Part shown: piece by piece, positions 37,473-51,742 of the stretch | How the letters are laid out: the number at the start of each line of letters is the position of its first letter | How positions within the stretch are numbered: the stretch's first letter is position 1 | Source of the DNA: Scyliorhinus canicula | Lineage: Eukaryota | NCBI RefSeq assembly: GCF_902713615.1 | Contig: NC_052150.1 | Location: 115,505,700 to 115,569,699 of the forward strand | Length of the DNA stretch: 64,000 nucleotides | Reading direction: 5' to 3' | Notes under the pieces: generated by a model | The model's database searches: none | Seen by the model: only the letters and a program-made list of their open reading frames with translations | What the model was told of the DNA's origin: nothing | Translations under genes and position numbers: made by a program

Positions 37473-38069
37473 GTAAGTGCAAAATAACACGGAAAATTGA
37501 CTAAACAAATTAATTTAGTTAAATGTCAGCCAATCATTGATCAAATCAAAATTATTTTATAGATTACAAATTGCCGTAATTGATACATTTGTGGAATGCT
37601 GCCCATATATTTCTCAATTAAATGTTGATATAGTTCACATCCATTACCTCTGATTTAACAGGACCTAAATGTTATAGGCTTACCTTCAGTTAAATATTTT
37701 TTCCGATGTGTATAATATCTCACAATGCTTCAACATTCTTGTTTTAATTGCATATTGGCAGTAACTTGCACATAAATATAAACTTGCTTATGAATATTGA
37801 TTTCTGCCATGTTTTCGCAACGGAAAGCCAGAATTCCAGACAAATGGCAGGAAGGAAGGTTTAGCGCACACTATGGGACAGTTTGGCAAACAAAATGAGG
37901 TTAGATCAGCAATCAATTTTTCAAATCTCAGATACCTGCTCCATTACTACCTAGCATTTTTAAATGTCTCCCTATTATTGACGTTGCACTGTCAGACATA
38001 TGCAGCAACATGAGGATGGAGAGTGCCCTAGGATAGTGAAATTGCCAGCGGTTGCTTTGTGAACCTAAG

Positions 38070-38410
38070 AGCATAAGAAATGACAAAATTGGAGCAGTAA
38101 GAGACCTTTTAACCTTTCTATCCACTTCCACCATTCAGTAAAATCATGGCTGATCCTCTACCATGGCTATACGTTCCTGCACTTCCCCCAAAATTCCTTG
38201 ATTCCCTTAAGTGTCGTAAAATCTGTCAGTATCTAATTTGAATATACTCAACAGTTGAGCATTCATAAGCCTCTGTGCTAGAGAATTCCAAAGGTTTACA
38301 ATACTTTAAATTAAATAAATCTTTCCTCACTTCAGTCCCAACTGACTAGTTTCTTATTCTGAGAGTGTGACCCCATGTTCTAGAATCCTCATCTATGCAC
38401 CTTGACAAAC
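38070..38410 (-). mobile_element. Old CR1 3' end
   Basis: Similar to 2157-2523, more diverged. Confidence 0.65.
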
Positions 38411-38589
38411 CTTTTAATTTTGTACAGTGGCTGGGATTTCCCGTTCTGGAGTCTCAAGTATTCCTGCCAGCGTAAAATCAGGACTGGTCACCACTGGCAT
38501 TTGGAGCGGGGTCCAGGTGTGAGTCTCTCTGCTTAACTTGCATCCTCCCGCCAGCGCGGGGTGTATAGCAAGCTAAGGACGCCGGCTGG

Positions 38590-38992
38590 TTGGAGTTTAA
38601 AAGGATGAGGGGTTTCTTATTGAAACTTACAGGATACTGCGAGACCTGGATAGAGTGGACATGGAGAGGATGTTTCCACTTTTGGAAAAACTAAAACCAG
38701 AGTACACCATCTCAGACTAAAGGGACGATACTTTAAAACAGAGATGAGGAGGAATTTCTTCAGCCAGAGAGTGGTGAATCTGTGGAACTCTTGCCGCAGA
38801 AGACTGTGGAGGCCAAATCACTAAGTGTCTTTAAGAAAGAGATAGATAGGTTCTTGATTAATAAGGGGATCAGGGGTTATGGGGAGAAGGCAGGAGAATG
38901 GGGATGAGACAATATCAGCCATGATTGAATGGCAGAGCAGACTCGATGGCCCGAGTGGCCTAATTCTGCTTCTATGTCTTATGGTCTTATGG
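38590..38992 (+). mobile_element. CR1 3' end
   Basis: RNFFSQRVVNLWNS-coding region, 3' UTR, (TCTTATG)n tail. Confidence 0.85.
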
Positions 38993-39395
38993 GATCGGAG
39001 AATTGCAACTGGCGACAAACCCTTTTTTTCAGGCGATAGTTCTGATCGGGAATCCCAATCACCGAGTTGGTAGATGGAGAATCCACCCTGGTGTTTTTCA
39101 AATAGGTTACCTCTCATTCTTCTGAACAACAGGGAATATAATTCTGATCTAATCTATCTTTCCTCCTGGGACACCCCTGCCATCCTGCAAATCAGTCCAG
39201 TAAAACTTTGTTGCATTTGCTTTAAGGCATTAAAGGCATCTCTCCTTGGGTAAGGAGACCAAGGGTGGCATTTAATGGCCTCCCCCATGGTGGGTTAAGT
39301 ATTTGGGGGATGCATTTAATTAGGTGGGAGGAAGGCCTCCCCAACCTGATGCCAATTGACGCCATAAAGTAGACAATTAATGCCCATTTAAAGGC

Positions 39396-40846
39396 TAAGA
39401 CCATGAGACATAGGAGCAGAATTAGGCCACTCAGCCTATCGAGTCTGCTCGGCCATTCAATCATGGCTGATATTTTTCTTATCCCCATTCTCCTGCCTTC
39501 TCCCCATAACCCCTGATCTGATCCTTCATTAATTAAGAATGTATCTATGTCTGTCTTAAAGACACTCAGTGATTTTTTTCTCCACAGCCTTCTGCGGCAA
39601 AGAGTTCCACAGATTCACCACCCTCTGGCTGAAGAAATCCCTCCTCCTCTCTGTTTTTAAGGATCATCCCTTTAGTCTGAGATTGTGTCCTCTGCTTCTA
39701 GTTTTTCCTACAAGTGGAAACATCCTCACCGCGTCCACTTTATCCTGGCCTTGCAGTATCCTGTAAGTTTCAATAAGATCCCCCTTTCTCCTTCTAAACT
39801 ACAACGAGTACAGACTCAGAGTCCTCAACCATTCCTCATATGACAAGCTCTTCATTCCAGGGATCATTCTTGTGAACGTCTTCTGGATCCTTTCCAAGGC
39901 CAGCACATCCTTCCTTAGATAATGGGGCCCAAAACTCCTCACAATACTCCAAATGGGGTCTGATCAGAGCCTTATATAGACTCAGAAGTACATCCCTAGT
40001 CTTGTATTCTAGCCCTCTTGACATGAATGCTAACATTGCATTTGTCTTCCTAACTGCCGACTGTATCTGCATGTTAACTTTAAGACAATTGTGAAAAAGG
40101 ACTCCTTTTGTGTTTCTGATTTTATAAGCATTTTCCCATTTAGAAAATAGTCTTTGGAGGCGATTCTCCAATATGGAGCCCAAGCGTTCGCACCATCGTG
40201 AATGCCATCGCAAATTCTCCAGCGCAGGGCTCGGAGAATCGCCCCCTGTGTCTCCATTCCTCCTTCCAAAGTGCATAACCTCACACTTTCCAAATTGTAT
40301 TTCATCTGCCGATTCATTGTTCACTCTCCTCGCCTGTCCAAATCCTTCTGCAGTCCCCCTGCTTCCTCAATACTTCCTGTCCCTCTCCAGATCTTTTTAT
40401 CATCTGCAAACTTAGCAGCAACAGTGCCTTCAGATCCTTCTCCCAGATCACTAATGTATTGTGAAAAGTTGTGGTCCCAGCACAGACCCCTGAGGCACAC
40501 CACTAGTCACCTGCTGCCATCTGGAAAAAGACCACTTTATCCCCACTCTCTGCCTTCTGCCAGTCAGCCAATCTTCTATCCATGCCAGGATCTTATCATT
40601 AACACCATGGGCTCTTAACTTATTTACCAGTCTCCTATGCAGCACCTTGTCAAAGGCCTTCTGGAAATCTAAATAAATCACGCCCACTGGTGCTCCTTTG
40701 TCTAACCCCCTTGTTACCTCCTCCCTCCCTTCTTAAACAGGGTTGCTACATTAGCCACTTTCCTGTCCTCTGGGACCCTTCTGCCTCCAGTAATTAATGA
40801 AAGATCACCACCAATGCCTCCACAATCTCCTCAGCTATCTCTTTTA
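39396..40846 (-). mobile_element. CR1 RT and 3' end, antisense
   Basis: YLDFQKAFDKV, SGVPQGSVLGP, KFADD, RPHLEYC. Confidence 0.88.
40157..40245. mobile_element. 89-bp Harbinger-type mini-MITE inside CR1
   Basis: TIRs GAGGCGATTCTCC / GGAGAATCGCCCC; TTG / CTG flanks. Confidence 0.75.
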
Positions 40847-41587
40847 ACCCGTCATCGCTGCTATTAACCCAGTAACAAGCAGGAGTGTTCAGCATGTGGT
40901 GAGCATGACAAGCGACCCATGCAGGGTTGCTTGCAGGTTTTTTGGGGGAGTCTCTGGTATCGGAAAGGGCAACCTGCTGAGAACCCCCCCCCCCCCCTCG
41001 CCCCACCACTACCACTGCACCATCCTGCGACCCCCTTCCTGCCATCACTCACCTGTGGCCTGGGATCCATTAATGATACTAGGCCTCCTGTGAGTATCAT
41101 ATACTGGCAGCTGTCCCTGTTGTGGTGGTGGCAGCGCTGCTATTCAATAAAGATATTGGCCTCTGACTGCCAGGCAATTGTAAATGGGCAGGATTTTCAC
41201 CTCCCAAGTTGCTTGATCCCAGGAAAGACCTTCTGCAGTCTCTAAAACTTCTAGAGCCCAACTCCACCCACCCTCTGAGATCACTGCAGCTATTTGATAA
41301 ACACCCATTTCTTAAAGGTACATCCACGACAGCTATTTCATAAACTTCTCGAAAAGAAGCAACGTGGGGCACTCCCGCCACTCCAGGTGGCGGACAGGAC
41401 CCCCACTGCCTCGATTAAACATAACCCCAAATCTGTGCACTGTACTCCCCAAGTGTGGCCTCATACAATTGCAGTAATATTCATTTATTTTTATATTCCA
41501 ATCCATTTGTAATAATGGGTAATGTGCTATTTGGTTTCTTAATTGCTTGCTGTACCTCCATATTAACTTGGTATTTGTGTATGAGAG

Positions 41588-44500
41588 TATTACGGGCCAG
41601 GATTTATGGAACCCCAAAGTGTATCATGGAGTTCACCTGTCCCACAACTTTTAATTAATTTTGGTTATGGGGAGCACCAGGGCCCACTCTACAGGTGTGA
41701 TGCAACGGAGATCTAAAGTGCTTTTAAAACAAAACAGTGTTTATTCTATGAATCCAGTTAACAGTAAACATTTTAGCAACTATCAACTCAAATACTTCCC
41801 CCAAAAACTACAGTACTCTATAAGTAACCCGTAATCTTGCCTAGCAACATCCATAAGTCAAATACCCTCTTTAAAAAGATAGCAGATTTAAATTCTCTAC
41901 TGAGAGCAGTTATCACTTTTTAATTAGCAAGTGATCTTAAGGCATTTATTTCATACAAGAGAGATCAAAATTATACTTGTTTGGCTGGATGTAGCTCCAA
42001 CTCTGAAAATGAAACTAAATGCACACACTGTAGCTGCCAGCTCAATAACGAAAGTAAAAACAGACAGACAGCCCAGCTCCACCCACATTCTGACATCACT
42101 GCAGCTATTTGATAAACACCGATTTATGAAAAGTACTCTCACATGACACCTCCCCCTAAGAAAAATAAATAAACCATTAACTTCAAGATGGTGTCATTTT
42201 TCACCTTTTCGCTTTCCTTTCAGAAACATTGACAGTGAATATACATTTTGTTTAACAAAACAAAACATGGAAACATTTATAATAACATAGTCCATGTTAG
42301 TTCTTCTTCCTCCAACAAACCTGCTCCTTTAAATGTGCTGTCAGATAATGCTAACTGCAATATTTGTGCCAAATCTAAAAGCCTTTTCTTAGTCTCTGTT
42401 CGTATGGTACTACGTGTGACCTTCTCCACCCCAAAAAACTTCGAGGCTCTGAAAGAGCCTTTGTCCACAACACACTCCCTACTTAAATAGATATACCACA
42501 CCTGAAAAGCAACCACAAATATGCTCACCCCTCTATCTTTTTTTTAAAATCATTTTTATTAAGATTTTCACAAAATATAAACAACAAAACAATATTAACC
42601 AAACAACCATAGTAAAAACCAAAAAACAAGAACCAACCCCCCCCCCCCCCCCCCCCCCCCCGTAACTACAAAAACAAAAAAGAAAACAACAAAAAGGAAA
42701 GAGATAACACCCGCCCCATCCAACAAACCCATGTACACAATTCTCCCTCCCATCGAACCAAACCCCCCCCCCGCCCCCGGGTTGCTGCTGCTGCCGGCCT
42801 ATTTCCCTACCGTTCCGCCAGGAAGTCCAGGAAAGGCTGCCACCGCCTGAAGAACCCTTGCACCGACCCTCTCAGGGCGAATTTCACCCTCTCCAACTTA
42901 ATGAACCCCGCCATGTCATTGATCCAGGCCTCTACGCTTGGGGACCTCGCATCCTTACATTGAAGCAAAATCCTACGCCGGGCTACTAGGGACGCAAAGG
43001 CCAGAACACCGGCCTCTTTTGCCTCCTGCACTCTCGGCTCTGCTGCTACCCCAAATATCGCGAGTCCCCAGCCTGGATCAACACTGGATCCTACCACTCT
43101 CGACATCGTGCTTGCTACCCCCTTCAAAAAGTCACCCAACACTGGGCATGCCCAGAACATATGGGCATGGTTCGCTGGGCTCCCCGAGCACCTAGTACAC
43201 CTATCCTCGCCCCAAAGAACCTGCTCATCCTCGTCCCGGTCATATGAACCCTATGCAGCACTTTGAACTGTATGAGGCTAAGCCTCGCACAAGAAGAGGA
43301 GGAGTTCACACTTTCCAGGGCATCTGCCCACGTCCCCTCCTCAATCTCCTTACCCAGCTCCTCTTCCCATTTACCCTTCAGCTCCTCCACCGAGGCCACA
43401 TCCACCTCCTGCATGACGTGGTACACGTCCAAAATCCTCCCCCCTCCAACCCACACCCCCGAGAGCACCCTGTCCCGAATCCCCCGCGGGGGCAACACAG
43501 GGAACCCCACCACCTGCCGCCTGGCAAACACCCTAACCTGCATGCACCTAAACATGTTCCCCGGGGGGGAGCCCAAACTCACCCTCCAACTCACCCAGGC
43601 TCGCAAACCTCCCATCTACAAACAGGTCCCTCAACCTCCTAATACCTACCCTGTGCCAGCTAGGAAACCCCCCATCGACGCTCCCCGGGACAAACCGGTG
43701 GTTCCCCCGTATCGGGGACTCCATCGAGCCCCCCACCACCCCCCTATGCCGTCTCCATTGCCCCCCAAATTTTCAGGGTAGCCACCACCACCGGGCTCGT
43801 AGTATACCTCGTTGGAGGGAGCGCCAACGGCGCCGTTACCAGCGCCTCCAGGCTCGTATTCACACAGGACGCCATCTCCTACCTCTTCCATGCTGCCCCC
43901 TCCCCGTCCATTACCCACTTACACACCATTGCTGCGTTGGCAGCCCAGTAATACCCACACAGGTTGGGCATCGCCAGACCCCCCTATCCCCGCCCCGCTC
44001 CAAAAACACCCTTCTCATCCTCGGGGTCCCATGTGCCCATACAATCTCCGTGATGCTCCTGTTGACCCTCCTAAAAAAGGCCTTCGGGATAAGGATGGGG
44101 AGGCACTGGAACAGGAACAAAAACCTCGGGAGCACCGTCATCTTGACGGACTGCACCCTACCCGCCAGCGACAGCGGTAACATATCCCACCTTTTAAACT
44201 CCTCCTCCATTTGCTCCACCAGCCTTGTGAGGTTAAGCTTGTGCGGGGCCCCAAAGCTCCCCGCCACCTGGATTCCCAGGTACCTAAATTTCCTCCCTGC
44301 CTGCTTCAATGGGAGCCTACCAATCCCCTCCTCCTGATCCCCTGGGTGCACCACGAACATCTCGCTCTTACCCAGGTAATATCCAGAAAAGCCCCCAAAT
44401 TCGCTGAGAATCCTCACCACCTCCGGCATTCCCCCCACCGGGTCCGCCACATACAGCAACAGGTCGTCCGCATAAAGCGACACACGATGCTCCTCCCCAC

Positions 44501-47500
44501 CCCGCACCAGGCCCCTCCAGTTCCCCAACTCCCTCAGCGCCATAGCCAGGGGCTCAATTGCCAACGCAAAGAGCAAGGGGGACAGGGGACACCCCTGTCT
44601 CGTCCCCCAGTACAGCCAAAAGTACTCCGACCTCCTCCTATTCGTGGCTACACTCGCCATCGGGACCCCATAGAGCAGCCTCACCCAACGGACAAACCCC
44701 TCCCCAAACCCAAACCTTTGCAACACCTCTCACAGATCCCCCACTCAACCCTATCAAAGGCCTTCTCCGCGTCTAATGCCACCACTATCTCCGCCTCCCC
44801 TTCCACAGCCGGCATCATAATGACATTCAGAAGCCTTCGTATGTTGGTATTCAACTGCCTTCCCTTTACAAACCCCGTCTGGTCCTCGTGAATGACCCCC
44901 GGCACACAATCCTCTATCCTTGTAGCTAAGATCTTCGCCAACAGCTTGGCGTCTACATTTAGCAGCGAGATCGGCCTATATGACCCACACTGCAGGGGGT
45001 CCTTGTCCCGCTTAAGGATCAAGGAAATCAGCGCCCGCGACATAGTTGGGGGCAAGCCCCCCCTCCCTTGCCTCGTTAAAGGTCCGAACCAACAGGGGGC
45101 CCAACAGGTCCGCATACATTTTATAAAATGCGGCCGGAAACCCATCCGGCCACGGCGCCTTCCCCGACTGCATGCTGCCAATCCCAGTGACCAGCTCCTC
45201 CAGCTCAATCGGCGCCCGCAGTCCCTCCACCTGCTTCTCCTCCACCCTCAGAAATTGCAGCTTGTCCAAGAAGCGCCCCATTCCCCCACCTCCCCCTCTC
45301 CACCGGGGGTTCAGACCGGTACAATTCCCCATAAAAGTCCCTAAAGACCCCATTAACGTCTACCCCCCTCCGCAACACCTTCCCATCTCTATCCTTCACT
45401 CCCCCAATCTCCCTGGCCGTGTCTCGCTTTCGGAGCTGTTGTGCCAGCATCCTACTCGCCTTCTCCCCGTATTCATACACTGCTCCCTGTGCTTTCCTCC
45501 ACTGAGCTTCCGCCATTCTGGTGGTCAGTAGATCGAACCTGGCCTGAAGGCTACGCCGCTCCCCCAGCAATCCCTCCTCCGGAGCCTCCGCATATCTCCT
45601 GTTCACCCTCACCATCTCCCCCACCAATTTCTCCCTCTCTCTCTGCTCTCCCCTCTCCCTATGGGTTCAGATGGAAATCAACTCCCCTCTAATCACCGCC
45701 TTCAACGCCTCCCAGACTGTCCCCACTTGGACCTCCCAGTTATCGTTGGCCTCAAGGTACCTCTCGATACACCCCCGAAATTTCCCGCCCACCTCCTTGT
45801 CTGCCAGCAGCCCCATCTCCAAGCGCCAGAGCGGGCGCTGGTCCCTCTCCTCCCCCAGCCAGAGGTCCACCCAGTGCGGGGCATGATCTGAAATGGCTAT
45901 GGCAGAGTATTCGGCATCCTCCACCCTCGAGACCAGCCCCCTACTCCGGACAAAAAAAATCGATCCTGGAATAGGCCTTATGCACGTGGGAGAAAAACGA
46001 GTACTCCCTGGCCCTTGTCCTCGCAAACCTCCAGGGATCCACCCCTTCCATCTGATCTATAAACCCCCTCAACACCTTAGCCGCCGCCGGCCTCCTACCC
46101 GTCCGGGGCCTGGATCGATCCAATGGGGGATCCAGCACCGTGGTGAAGTCCCCCCCCCCCATGATCAGGCCCCCCCCACCTCCAGATCCAGAATGCGGCC
46201 CAACATGCGCCACATAAACCCCTCATCGTCCCAGTTCGGGGCGTAAACATTCACCAGCACCCACCCGCTCACCCTGCAGCTTACCACTCACCATCACATA
46301 CCTCCCGCCACTGTCAGCCACCACACTTGACGCCTCAAACGACACCCTCTTTCCCACCAGGATCGCCACCCCACGTTTCTTCGCATCCAGCCCTGAATGA
46401 AATACTTGGCCCATCCCTTCCTCAGTCGAACCTGGTCTGCCACCTTCAGGTGCGTCCCTTGGAGCATGGCCACATCCGCCTTCAGCCCCTTCAAGTGCGT
46501 AAACACCCGGGCCCGCTTGACCGGCCCATTCAGCCCCCTCACATTCCAAGTTATCAGCCGGATCAGAGGGCTCCCTGCCCTCCGCTCCCCTGCCGACTAG
46601 CCATAACCAATCCCCTGCCCGCCACTGGCCGCCCCCCGCTCGGCCTGTTCCCCATGGCGGGAACTCTCCCCCCTCCCCCAGCACCCCCTGCATACTCCAG
46701 CTCCTTCCTGGCCATTTCAGCAGCAACCCGGGGGCTAGGACCCCTCCTAGCTGCGCCTCCCCCCTCCACAGCACTCCCGTGAGCCAGCTAAATTTTGCTG
46801 ACCCCGGCGACTCCCGCCACACCTCCGACCCCTCTCCACGTCGGGCTACTCCTCCTCCTCCGTGCCCATCAGCAGGCCCCCCCCCCCCCCCCCCCCCCCC
46901 CAGCTCTTGCGCAGGAAAATAAAATCCAGCAAAGGCCCGCGCTTCTCAGCCCCGACCCCGCCCCCATCACCCCGCAGCACGGGAAACAAGAGGAAAGCCC
47001 GCGCTTTTGCCCTGCCCAACCCCGCCTCCTCTAGGGCAACTCCCATTGCCGGTCCCCACCACCAGCTCCCCGCACTCCCAGTTTACCTCCCTGCCCGAGC
47101 CCGTCCACCAGACCCATACAAAAACACATAAAGACATCGCCCCACCCACCCTAAAGCCAACACACATCCTGCATGAAACAGAGAACCCCCCCTTTCAAAA
47201 AAATAGACACAGTTCCATTTCCATACAAAACCCCATCCCTGACCCTCGGTTTGAGTCCAATTTCTCGGCCTGCACAAAGGTCCACGGCTCCTCCAGGGCT
47301 CAAAATAATGGTGACGGTCCTTGTAGGTGACCCACAGACGCGGCGGCTGCAACACGCCAAACTTCACTCTGTGGAGCACCGCCTTCGTCCGGTTGTACCC
47401 GGCCCTCCGCTTAGCCACCTCCGCACTCCAGTCCTGGTAGATCCGCACCACCGCGTTCTCCCACTTGCTACTCCGCTCCTTCTTGGCCCACCGGAGCACG

Positions 47501-48869
47501 CACTCCCGGTCAACGAACCGGTGGAACCGTACCAGCACCGCCCGTGGCGGCTCATTTGGCTTGGGCCTCCTGGCCAGTATTCTGTGGGCTCCCTCCAGCT
47601 CCAGGGGCCCCTGGAAGGAGCCAGCCCCCATCAGCGAGTTCAACAAAACGATCACATAGGCCGCCAGCCCCTCCGTGAGGCCTAGGATCCGTAAATTTTC
47701 TCACCTCGACCGGTTCTCCATCTCCTCGAACCGCTCCTGTCACTTTTTATGGAGTGCTTCGTGCATCTCCACCTTCCCCGCGAGGGCCGCGGCCTCATCC
47801 TCTCTTTCGCAGGCTTGCTGCTGCAGCTCCCGGATTGCGGCCCCCTGGGCTGTCTGTCTCCAGCAGCTTACCAGTGGTAGCCTTCAACGACTCCAGCAGC
47901 TCCACCTTAAGCTCCTGAAAGCAGCGCTAAAGAGTCTCCTGCTGCTCCCGTGCCCACTGCCTCCACTCCTCGAGGGCTCTGCCGGCCGCCATTTTGTTTT
48001 CCTTCCACCGCTTTTCCAGAGGCGCTGCCACCGCTTTTCTGTTCTCCCCACTCCTGGTCCGGACCATAGAACCCTGGGGATCTACTGCAGACCCCTTCCC
48101 ACGTCGGGAATCATCGATCAAGCACCACTGGGGGCCCTAAAAAGAGCCCAAAATTCCATTTCTAGTGGGAGCTGCCAAAAGTGCGGCTTAGCTCCGCATA
48201 GCCGCAAACGAAAGTCCCCTCACCCCTCTGTCTTTAAGTTCACCAAGCCAATCCAATCATGAAAGATAGACTTTTATCCCTCGAGCCCCCAATTTATTAC
48301 GGGCCAGGGTTTAGAGAACCCCAAAGTGTATCATGGAGTTCACCTCACCCACAACTTTTAATAGATTTTGGTCATGGGGAGCACAAGGGCCCACTCTACA
48401 GGTGTGATGCAGAGATCTAAAGTACTTTTAAAACAAAACAATGTTTATTCTATGAATCCAGTTAACGTTTTATAAACACACAGTAAACATCTTAGCAACT
48501 ATCAACTCAAATACTTCCCCCAAAGAATACAGTACTCTATAAGTAACCCTTAATCTTTCCTAGCAACATCCATAAGACAAATACCCTCTTTAACAAAGAC
48601 ATCAGATTTAAATTCTCTACTGAGAGCAGTTATCACTTTGAAATTCGCAAATGATCTTAAGACATTCTTTTCATACAGAGAAAGATCAAAATTATACCTT
48701 GTTTGGTTGGATGCAGCTCCAACTCTGAAAACGAAACTAAACACACAAGCTGTAGCTGCCTGCTAAAACCGAAAGTAAAAACAGACAGACGGCCCAGCTC
48801 CACGCACACTCTGACATCACTGCAGCTATTTGATAAACACCCATTCCTTAAAGGTACTCTCACATGACA
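41588..48869 (-). mobile_element. Non-autonomous LTR element (family B): 5' LTR ~48294-48869, tRNA-Pro PBS, ~450-bp internal region, PPT, 3' LTR 41588-42148; split by a full-length L1
   Basis: Two homologous LTRs, PBS TGGGGGCTCG, PPT AGGGGGAGG at 42149-42157, GAGAG on both flanks; flanking CR1 sequence is continuous across the element. Confidence 0.85.
42541..48218 (-). mobile_element. Full-length L1-clade LINE (~5.7 kb), frameshifted
   Basis: 5' GGGACTTTCGTTTGCGGCTATG; ORF1 (LELEGAHR..PRAVLVRFHR); EN (RGLNGPVKR, ISDHAP); RT (QGCPLSP, YADD); CCHC; 17-bp TSD CTCACCCCTCTRTCTTT at a TTT/AA site. Confidence 0.95.
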
Positions 48870-49258
48870 GAGAGCACCCAGATCCTTATGAACACCACTA
48901 TTTCAGTCTTTCACCATTTAAAACATTTTTCCATACTATGTTCCATCTCTCACATTCCTGCCCCCTCATTTAACCTTTCCAAATTTTTTTTGCAGCCTCT
49001 TTGCATTTTGTTTTTACAACTTATCAGTAAACTTGGATACTTTACACTCAACCCGCCTTCTGAGTCACTGATAATTGACAGCAAATTCTAGCCACGGCAC
49101 ATGCAAAGTTAAGGGCAAAAGCCTGAAATTGCTGTGTGTGATTCCCCACTCTCTGCAGGATCTAGTATTTAAATCCATGCAGACAGCATATTTAGAAAAT
49201 ACTGGACTTCACATTTATGCGCTGTGATATTGTTGTCAAAATTCCCCGAATAGATTAT

Positions 49259-49710
49259 GGGTGCGATTCTTCAAAAAAGGAAAATAGTCCCCTAGTGAGC
49301 TCATTTAGCCCTGAGTTTCTCGACATTCGCAGTGGCGACTTGCATTGTAGAAGGGATTTAACGGGGAATGCGCAGCCGAGGCCGCATATAGCCCGGTCTT
49401 GTACCGTGGGGAGCTTCGCTCGTGGGAACTCCAGTATGGTGAGGGAACGGGATGCCATTTCTAAATAGCGTGCCGACCTCTGAGGCCCCCGAAACGATCC
49501 CCGACCTCCCCCACACCCCCACCTCCACCCCGAGCCTGAATGTACTATGGGAGGGTCCCAGGCACCCTTCAACACTCTTGCCACCCCCCCCCCCCCCCCC
49601 CCCCCCCGCCCCCACCATGCTGACACCTCCAGACCAATCACGCACGCACAGAAATTGCCAGCTTGGCAACTTGGCAGTGCCAGGTTGGCACCCAGGTAGC
49701 TGTCTTTGAG
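49259..49710. mobile_element. Partial Harbinger-type MITE
   Basis: Left TIR-like GGGTGCGATTCT; interior similar to 35105-35660 and 61030-61830. Confidence 0.5.
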
Positions 49711-50356
49711 GTCAGTGGTGAGCACCACTGATTTGATGGTGAATGCAAAATCCAGGATAACAGCTTTCTTAGTCATGACACAAGTCAGCTGATATGGTTC
49801 CAACGATGTAAACAGAACAAATTAATCTTGTTATTTACCAATGCCTCTTACTCAATATTTAATAACAATTGTTTCTGTGGCTCTTGAACAAATGTTGTAT
49901 TAAATTTTATATGAACAACTATTGACTGTATCTTGCTGCTGTCAAATACATAAACTGGTTGCATCCAGCAAGAGGCTACAGTGGAATTAGATATATTTTT
50001 CACAGTTCACAAGTCTAATTTTAACAAAGAACTTGAAACAAAAAAGATCAAACCAGCTATCTGAGCAATTTGCTTATCTTTACAGTGTAGTCATGTCTTG
50101 TAACTTAGTACAGAGCTGAAAAACATATTTTTGCTCCCCGATCCCTCTATGAACAAGTGGTCAGGATAATGGGATACAAAGTGATATGAAGTAGAAAGCA
50201 CAAGATTCAATGCTATTGCACACAGGGGGAGTTGATCTACATTTAGCTTCCAATTTCTTCTGATTTGGCACAGAATAAAACACATTAGCTAGGGTTCCCT
50301 TTACTGCAGTTCAGAAAACCTTGTTGGAAGCATACTTACAAGATCAAGCTCAGATA

Positions 50357-50662
50357 GGGCCGCATGGTAGCACAGTGGTTAGTACTGTTGCTTCACAGCA
50401 CCAGGGTCCCAGGTTTGATTCCCGCTTGGGTCACTGTCTATGCGGAATCTGCACATTCTCCGGGTGTCTGCATAGGTTTCCTATGGTGCTCTGGTTTCCT
50501 TCCACAAGTCCCGAAAGATGTTCTTGTTAGGTGAATTGGACATTCTGAATTATCCCTCTGTGTACCCAAACTGCCACCAGAGTGTGGTGACTAGGGGATT
50601 TTCACACTAACTTCATTGCAGTATTAATGTAAGCCTACTTGTGACAATAATAAAGATTATTG
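50357..50662 (+). mobile_element. HE1-like SINE, CATTGCAGT(G/A)TTAATG-tail type
   Basis: tRNA head, V core, distinct tail ending AATAAAGATTATT. Confidence 0.85.
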
Positions 50663-51679
50663 TTATAATGCTCTCAATAATAAAGGTGCCGAAGCTCCCT
50701 GTCAGGTCCGCAACTGAAAAATGCCACTCAAACAGAACTCTCCCAGAACTACACGTTTCACCACCTTCAGGAGGAGAAAAAGGAGAAAATTCGCCACTGA
50801 GGTGGCCAATTAAAGTTTTGCATTCCTGTATAAAATGGGTGATAATGAATTGGCAGCCCATTTTACATTATTCTTGACCTTGAAATCAATGGAAATAAAT
50901 GTTGTGGGTTATGATACAGGGGGTGAGATTTTCTCTCTCGGGTGACTGCGCAAGTAGTGAAGATGAAAATCTACTCATGGAGTTCAAAGTACACGGGCAT
51001 TTCAGTGTTTTAATTCTATGCCCATTGATTTTGTAGTTGTTGGATGATACATGATTCTAAGGACAGAGAATATCTTCAAATATTTCTTGCTGCTGTGAAT
51101 CACAATAGCTCATAGTTCTTTTGAAGTTACAGTACAAATCTTATTGATGAATTTTTTTAGCTTTTACTTTTTTTAAAATGAAGAATCCTTCAGGTGACAA
51201 AAAAATATATTGAGAGCATGTAAAGAATAAGAGCACAAGAAATAGGAGCAGGAACAGATCGCACAGTTCAATTTGTCTGCTTGAATATTAACATGAGGAA
51301 TTATATTTTTGATTGAAGCTATATAGCCTGAGAATATGACAGAAATAAATGCAGGCAGGACAATACAGCTTTGATAAATTTTATAAAATCATCACATGCT
51401 TATTCCCCTTTGGATTTTTTGGTCGTATTTGAAGGAGCAGGCTTATTTGAAGTCAGCCTCCGTAAGATTACATTTAAGCAAAATACTCTTTTTTGATAAT
51501 TTGACAAATGAATAAATAACAGTCAGTGATTCCCAAGTGCTGTGACTTTTGTAATGTTTTTGCATCTGGGGATTTGTTTGAAGTGATCTAAAACTAAGCT
51601 TGAATAAGATGTGTTATAGTTAACTAGAAAGTAGTGCAATGCCTGTTTTGTTAAGTTATAATTAATGTAATACTTTCAG

Positions 51680-51742
51680 TACACGGATATATTTCTGTTG
51701 TATATGTTTCACTTACGTTCTGCTCTTGGTCCTCCTGGCCCT
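51680..51742 (+). CDS. Possible host-gene exon F (63 nt; alternative donor at 51700)
   Basis: tactttcag acceptor, GTATGT donor, symmetric and open in phase 1 (VHGYISVVYVSLTFCSWSSWP). Confidence 0.3.

Noticed and set aside
43244-48262. Many + strand ORFs over the L1
   Set aside because: Antisense shadow frames of a GC-rich L1
51711-51741. Minus-strand mini-exon with GTAAGT donor (GPGGPRAE)
   Set aside because: Isolated, no partner exons, and overlaps + strand candidate exon F
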